A stretch of 64,000 nt of DNA from Octopus bimaculoides. Its lineage: Eukaryota. The notes beneath the pieces were generated by a model. It had not been told where the DNA came from. It made no database searches and worked only from the letters and a program-made list of their open reading frames with translations. The stretch lies in NCBI RefSeq assembly GCF_001194135.2, contig NC_068983.1, positions 98,943,420 to 99,007,419 of the forward strand, in the 5' to 3' direction. Both the position numbers and the translations under genes were made by a program. Of the stretch, positions 62,961-64,000 are shown piece by piece (the stretch's first letter is position 1; the number at the start of each line of letters is the position of its first letter).

Positions 62961-63571
62961 AAGTTGTATTTAACATGATACAGAAGTTTCAATTGACATT
63001 ATTTAAAATAGAACAATAGAAATTAAATTCAAAAATAACTCCAAAAACAAACATTCCTGTAAATTTTTTTAATTCTTTTTGTTTTGGTCATACAGACATT
63101 TTATGAAAATCTTGAGTTACAAAAATGTTTGAGCAATTTTAACGCCCTCATTAAGGTTGAACTGAAGTAAATTACATTTTTCAACAGTTTTACATGGCAA
63201 CAGTTAGTTTAAAGTTTAAAGAGAGCAAGTGATTTAACTACTCCCTATATTTGGAAGTCAATAATAGTAATCATAATTCCTTCCAACAGCACTAAATGAT
63301 TTGATAGTGAGCAGGTTTTCACACAAAATACTGATTTATTTGACAGTCATTCAAATACAAGATACAGAAATGAGTTGTTATATGCATTATTACTCATCAT
63401 TCTGGTAAAGGATAACAGTTTCATTTGTCAATATACTTCACCAGATCACTTTTGATGTGGTTTATATCAGCAATATGATGGATAATATGGAAGCCCTGAA
63501 GTCTTCATTTGATTTCTCTAACAATAAATGGCAGGATACAAAATAATATGGGAAAGAGCTTAATATTTTAA

Positions 63572-63794
63572 CCCTTTGTTCCAATATTTCTGTTCAAATA
63601 CTCTACCTTTATTTCAATTGATTTTGAAAGCAATGGAAGAATTTAGTAAACTAACTTTTTCATAATTAAGCTGGTGTCTGGAATATAAATGAACATGAAA
63701 TTTTGATGTAAGGTTTAAATTTAGATCGTTTCAAAACAGGAAGTTTGTACCATAAGAAATAAGGGCAGTTTTTGGCAGGTTGGTATCAAAAGGG
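63572..63794. mobile_element. Second TTAA/CCCT MITE subfamily
   Basis: ttaa|CCCTTTG...CAAAAGGG|ttac termini with a different internal sequence. Confidence 0.65.
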
Positions 63795-64000
63795 TTACAT
63801 ATTTTTTTAATCCACTAAATAAGACAAGAAAAAAATGATCGGAAGATGGCATTAACAATATGCAAAATGTCATCTCTGTTTTCTTTTACAGCAGTTCCAG
63901 GATTTTACTGAAGGGGAAAAAGACTTATGAGATTTTGATACTTTGAGGAATTAATGACTGATTTTCTGCAGCAGTTTACTAAATTATCAGCTATTTATTG

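Overview
This is AT-rich, repeat-dense animal genomic DNA with five N gaps. The repeat families point to a coleoid cephalopod, most likely Octopus; that is inferred, not verified. The only protein-coding gene I can support is an Erlin (SPFH/band-7 ER lipid-raft protein, ERLIN1/2 ortholog) on the minus strand. It has 11 coding exons from 41467 to 18795, all with GT-AG boundaries in matching phase, giving 984 nt and 327 aa. It also has a probable non-coding first exon near 45979-46030 and an intron 4 nt after the stop codon. Almost every entry in the supplied ORF track is spurious or repeat-derived. Other content: (1) a CpG-rich, probably bidirectional promoter near 9.0 kb with candidate spliced non-coding transcripts on both strands; (2) a full-length but decayed Buster-type hAT transposon with a perfect 8-bp target-site duplication (TSD); (3) RTE-like LINE fragments, a Helitron remnant, tRNA-derived SINEs and several MITE families. 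The best leads are: a templated inversion that places 98%-identical inverted repeats around Erlin coding exon 10, whose skipping creates an immediate TAG upstream of the 3'UTR intron; a head-to-head pair of Penelope-type hammerhead ribozyme motifs around a triplet microsatellite; a 30-bp in-frame minisatellite grown from a LINE ORF; and a 1.3-kb nested palindrome. I see no CRISPR array, tRNA or rRNA gene, and I cannot claim a proven new system from sequence alone.
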